Assembly: GCF_016433145.1 (NCBI RefSeq) | Contig: NC_058130.1 | Span: 777,971,002 to 778,035,001, forward strand | DNA from: Gracilinanus agilis | Lineage: Eukaryota | Reading direction: 5' to 3' | Length of the DNA: 64,000 bases | In this document: positions 61,225 to 64,000 of the stretch, in pieces | Layout of the letters: each line of letters starts with the position of its first letter | Position numbering within the stretch: the stretch's first letter is position 1 | The notes under the pieces: generated by a model | What the model saw: the letters and a program-made list of their open reading frames with translations, nothing else | The model's database searches: none | Told to the model about the DNA's origin: nothing | Position numbers and translations under genes: made by a program

Positions 61225-61915
61225 GTTTTTACTTTTTTACTTAATTAATTTAGAATATTTTTCTATGGTTACATGATTTGTGATTTTCCCTCCCCCCCTT
61301 CCAGAGCTGACAAACAATTCAACTGGGTTTTACATGTATCATTGTTCAAAACCTATTTCCATGTTATTAATATTTGCAGTAGAGTGATCTTTTAAGGCCC
61401 AAACCCCAGTCATATCCCCATCAACCACATGATTAATCATATGTTTTTCTAGTGTGTTTTTTAACCCTTATCTTCCCTCTTAGAATTAATACTGTGTATT
61501 GGTTCCAAGGCAGAAGAGTGGTAAGGGCTAGGCAATGGGGTTTAAGTGACTTGCCTAGGATCACACAGCTAGGAAGTGTCTGAGGCCAGATCAATCCACT
61601 GAGCTACTTAGATAGCTTCTTTCTCATAAGTCCCTCAAAATTGTCCTGGATCATTGCATTACTGCTAATAGAGAAGTCTATTACTTTCGATTGTTCCACA
61701 GTGTATCAGTCTCTGTGTACAGTGTCCTCCTGGTTCTACTCTTTTCGCTCTGAATCACTTCCTGAAGGTCGTTCTAGTTTACATGGTATTCCTCCAGTTC
61801 ATCATTCCTTTCAGCATAATAGTATTCCATTACCATCTGATACCACAATTTGTTCAGCCATTCCCCTAATTGAACACCCCCCTCATTTTCTATCACAAAG
61901 AGTACAGCTATAAAT
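61225..61915 (-). mobile_element. L1 3' end with an internally deleted SINE inserted at about 61455-61615
   Basis: L1 3' UTR motifs on both sides; the SINE body lacks its central ~40 bp. Confidence 0.88.
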
Positions 61916-61939
61916 ATTTTTGTACAGATATTTTAAGGA

Positions 61940-62900
61940 AATTGTTTTTAAAAACAAAGATTTTTGGTGGGGGGGGGTTCAGTTTGAAATTCTCTCCCTA
62001 CCCCTACTCCTTTCTCACTCATTGAGAAGGAAAGAGAAAAAAAACCATTACAAATATGTACAGTCATGCAAAACAAATTTCCACATTAGATGTTTCCCAT
62101 TCCATGCATGGAAACCAAGCTCTTTATAATTCTTATATTGGAACAAATGGAGAAAACCCAGGAGATGTCCATCAATTGGGAAATAGCTAAATATGTTATG
62201 TATATGCTACATTTTGCAGAGAGCATATTTCAGCAGAATCTTTTGGGATTGTGCTAGATCATTTTGTTGATCAGTTACCAAGTCTTTCAAAAATCTATTA
62301 TCTTTACAGTCTTACTGTTACTGTGTTCTATTCTTGGTTCTACTCAGTTCACTTTGCATTTCGTACAAGTTTTCCAAGATTTTTCTGAAATCGTGCCCAT
62401 CATAATTTCTTACAGCACAGTATCATGCTAACACATTCATATACAATGACTCATTCAATTCCCAATTGATGAGCATCCCCTCACTGTCCAGTTCTTTGTT
62501 ACCACAAAAAGAGGTGCTGAAAATATTGTTATACATATGGGACCTTTTTCTCTTTCTTTGATCTCTTTAGAGTATTGAAATAGTAGTTATTGTTGGGTCA
62601 AAGGGTTTTTTTAATAAACCTTTTTTTCCAGAGTGTAATAGCTTTACTAGAACAGTTGGGTTAGTTCACAGCTTTACCAACAGTGCATTAATGTACCTGT
62701 TTTCCCACATCTCCCCCAGCATTTGTCATTTTCACCAATCTGATAGATGCAAGGTGATACCTCAGAATTGTTTTAATTTGCATTTCTCTAAGTATTGGTG
62801 CTTCATAGCATTTTTTCATGTGGTTATTGATAGCTTTGATTTCTTCCTCTGAAAATTGCCTACTAGTGGCTTTTGTCCATTTATCAATTGGGCAATGACT
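61940..62900 (-). mobile_element. Old L1 3' end
   Basis: cccaattgatgagcatccc...accacaaaaagag...caaggtgatacctcagaattgttttaatttgcattt. Confidence 0.85.
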
Positions 62901-63488
62901 CCTTGTCCTGTTGACTCCTACTCTGATTGTACTCCCTTCTGTTCAAATATCAATTTCCCTATGGAGCATTCACTCTAGCTACTAAGGCCTCCAAAAATTA
63001 GGTCTATCTGTCTCTGTCTCTGTCTTTCTCTGTCTCTCTTGTAGAACCTTTGTATATACTTACATGCATCCAATGATGTCTCTTTGAATAGAATGCAAAT
63101 TCCTTGAAGGTGTAGACTATTTCATTCCTGTCCTTTTTTCCTTCAATAAGCCACACAAAGCCTGGTACTTAGTAGGCATTTAATTAAATATTTTTGATCA
63201 ATTGAGTCCATGTTCAGCTAAATATTAGGCATATGAATAGAGGATGATCTTCTCTGAGTCTCAGTTTCCTTATCTTTAAAATAGAAATAACATAATAACA
63301 TTTGCTTCTCTGTCAGAATTGTTGTGAAGAAAGGAGAAACTGAGACTCAGAGAGGCAACAATTTAGCAGAAGCGAAGAACTCAGCCAGGACTCCAGCCCA
63401 GACCTTCTGCTTCACACACAAAGTCTAGAACAATAAGAAGGGACAATGCCTAATTAGCCCAGTCCTAACCTATGTTAAGACTCTATTA

Positions 63489-63698
63489 AGGGGCAACAAG
63501 ACCCCTAATAGTACAGTGGATAGAGAGCCAGACTTGGAAACAGGAGGTTCTTGGTTCAAATCTGGCCTCACACACTTCCTAGCTTTGTGACCCTGGGCAA
63601 GTCACTTAATCCCCATTGCCTAGCCCTTCCTGCACATCTGTCTTGGTACCAATACATAATATTGATTCTAAGACAGAAGGTAAAGAGTTGAAAAAAAT
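63489..63698 (+). mobile_element. SINE1_Mdo-like SINE
   Basis: Full body with an A-tail; TSD ACTCTATTA at 63480-63488 and 63699-63707. Confidence 0.93.
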
Positions 63699-64000
63699 AC
63701 TCTATTAGAATCAGTGAATTTAGAGATGAGGTCATCAAATCTACTCTTTTTATTGATGAGGGAACTGAGACTCAGAAAGTAAGGGTGACCTGCCCAAGGT
63801 TACCCAAGGAACACACAACATGGCTTTGGATATGATCCTTGGGGCTCTTTTTTTCTAGACACAGATGAGTTGTGCCTTTGGAATTTTCCTTTCTCTGACC
63901 AAAGAGCAGTATTCTGAAAGGCTTTTCTCTGGGGTTGGATTCTAGGAGTCAAGCACAGGAAGGAATAGCTTGAAGAGATGGCATGAGGGTGGGACTTTTA

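Noticed and set aside
63489-63580. tRNA-like A/B boxes (also in the other SINE heads)
   Set aside because: These are tRNA-derived SINE promoters followed by CORE sequence, with no cloverleaf, so they are not tRNA genes.

Overview
This is repeat-rich marsupial genomic DNA. The tRNA-headed CORE-SINEs resemble the opossum SINE1_Mdo family, and MAR1, RTE, marsupial L1, L2, MIR and CR1 relics are present, so a didelphid such as Monodelphis is likely. I found no intact protein-coding exon. The window looks like the 5' end of a large + strand gene: a CCAAT/GC-box/TATA-like promoter at about 4.4-4.9 kb, several candidate non-coding 5' exons, then about 59 kb of intron. I could not identify that gene. 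The main observations are: (1) two separate minus-strand relics of the 5' coding part of the Y-box gene YBX3 (3113-3360 and 17339-18680), each followed by an L2 3' tail in the same orientation, the larger with the YBX3 exon-1 region tandemly repeated 3-4 times ahead of a broken cold-shock domain, suggesting a chimeric YBX3-head/L2-tail retroposon family; (2) a 76-nt candidate cassette exon ending in ATG (23471-23546) followed by a dense cluster of Rbfox UGCAUG motifs; (3) a hAT MITE with an 8-bp TSD and a GC-rich interior that looks foreign; (4) an L1 with a twin-priming 5' inversion and a 17-bp TSD; (5) an LTR cluster with a sense-strand promoter and splice donor. Repeat family names and the YBX3 reference sequence are recalled, not searched, and many boundaries are approximate.
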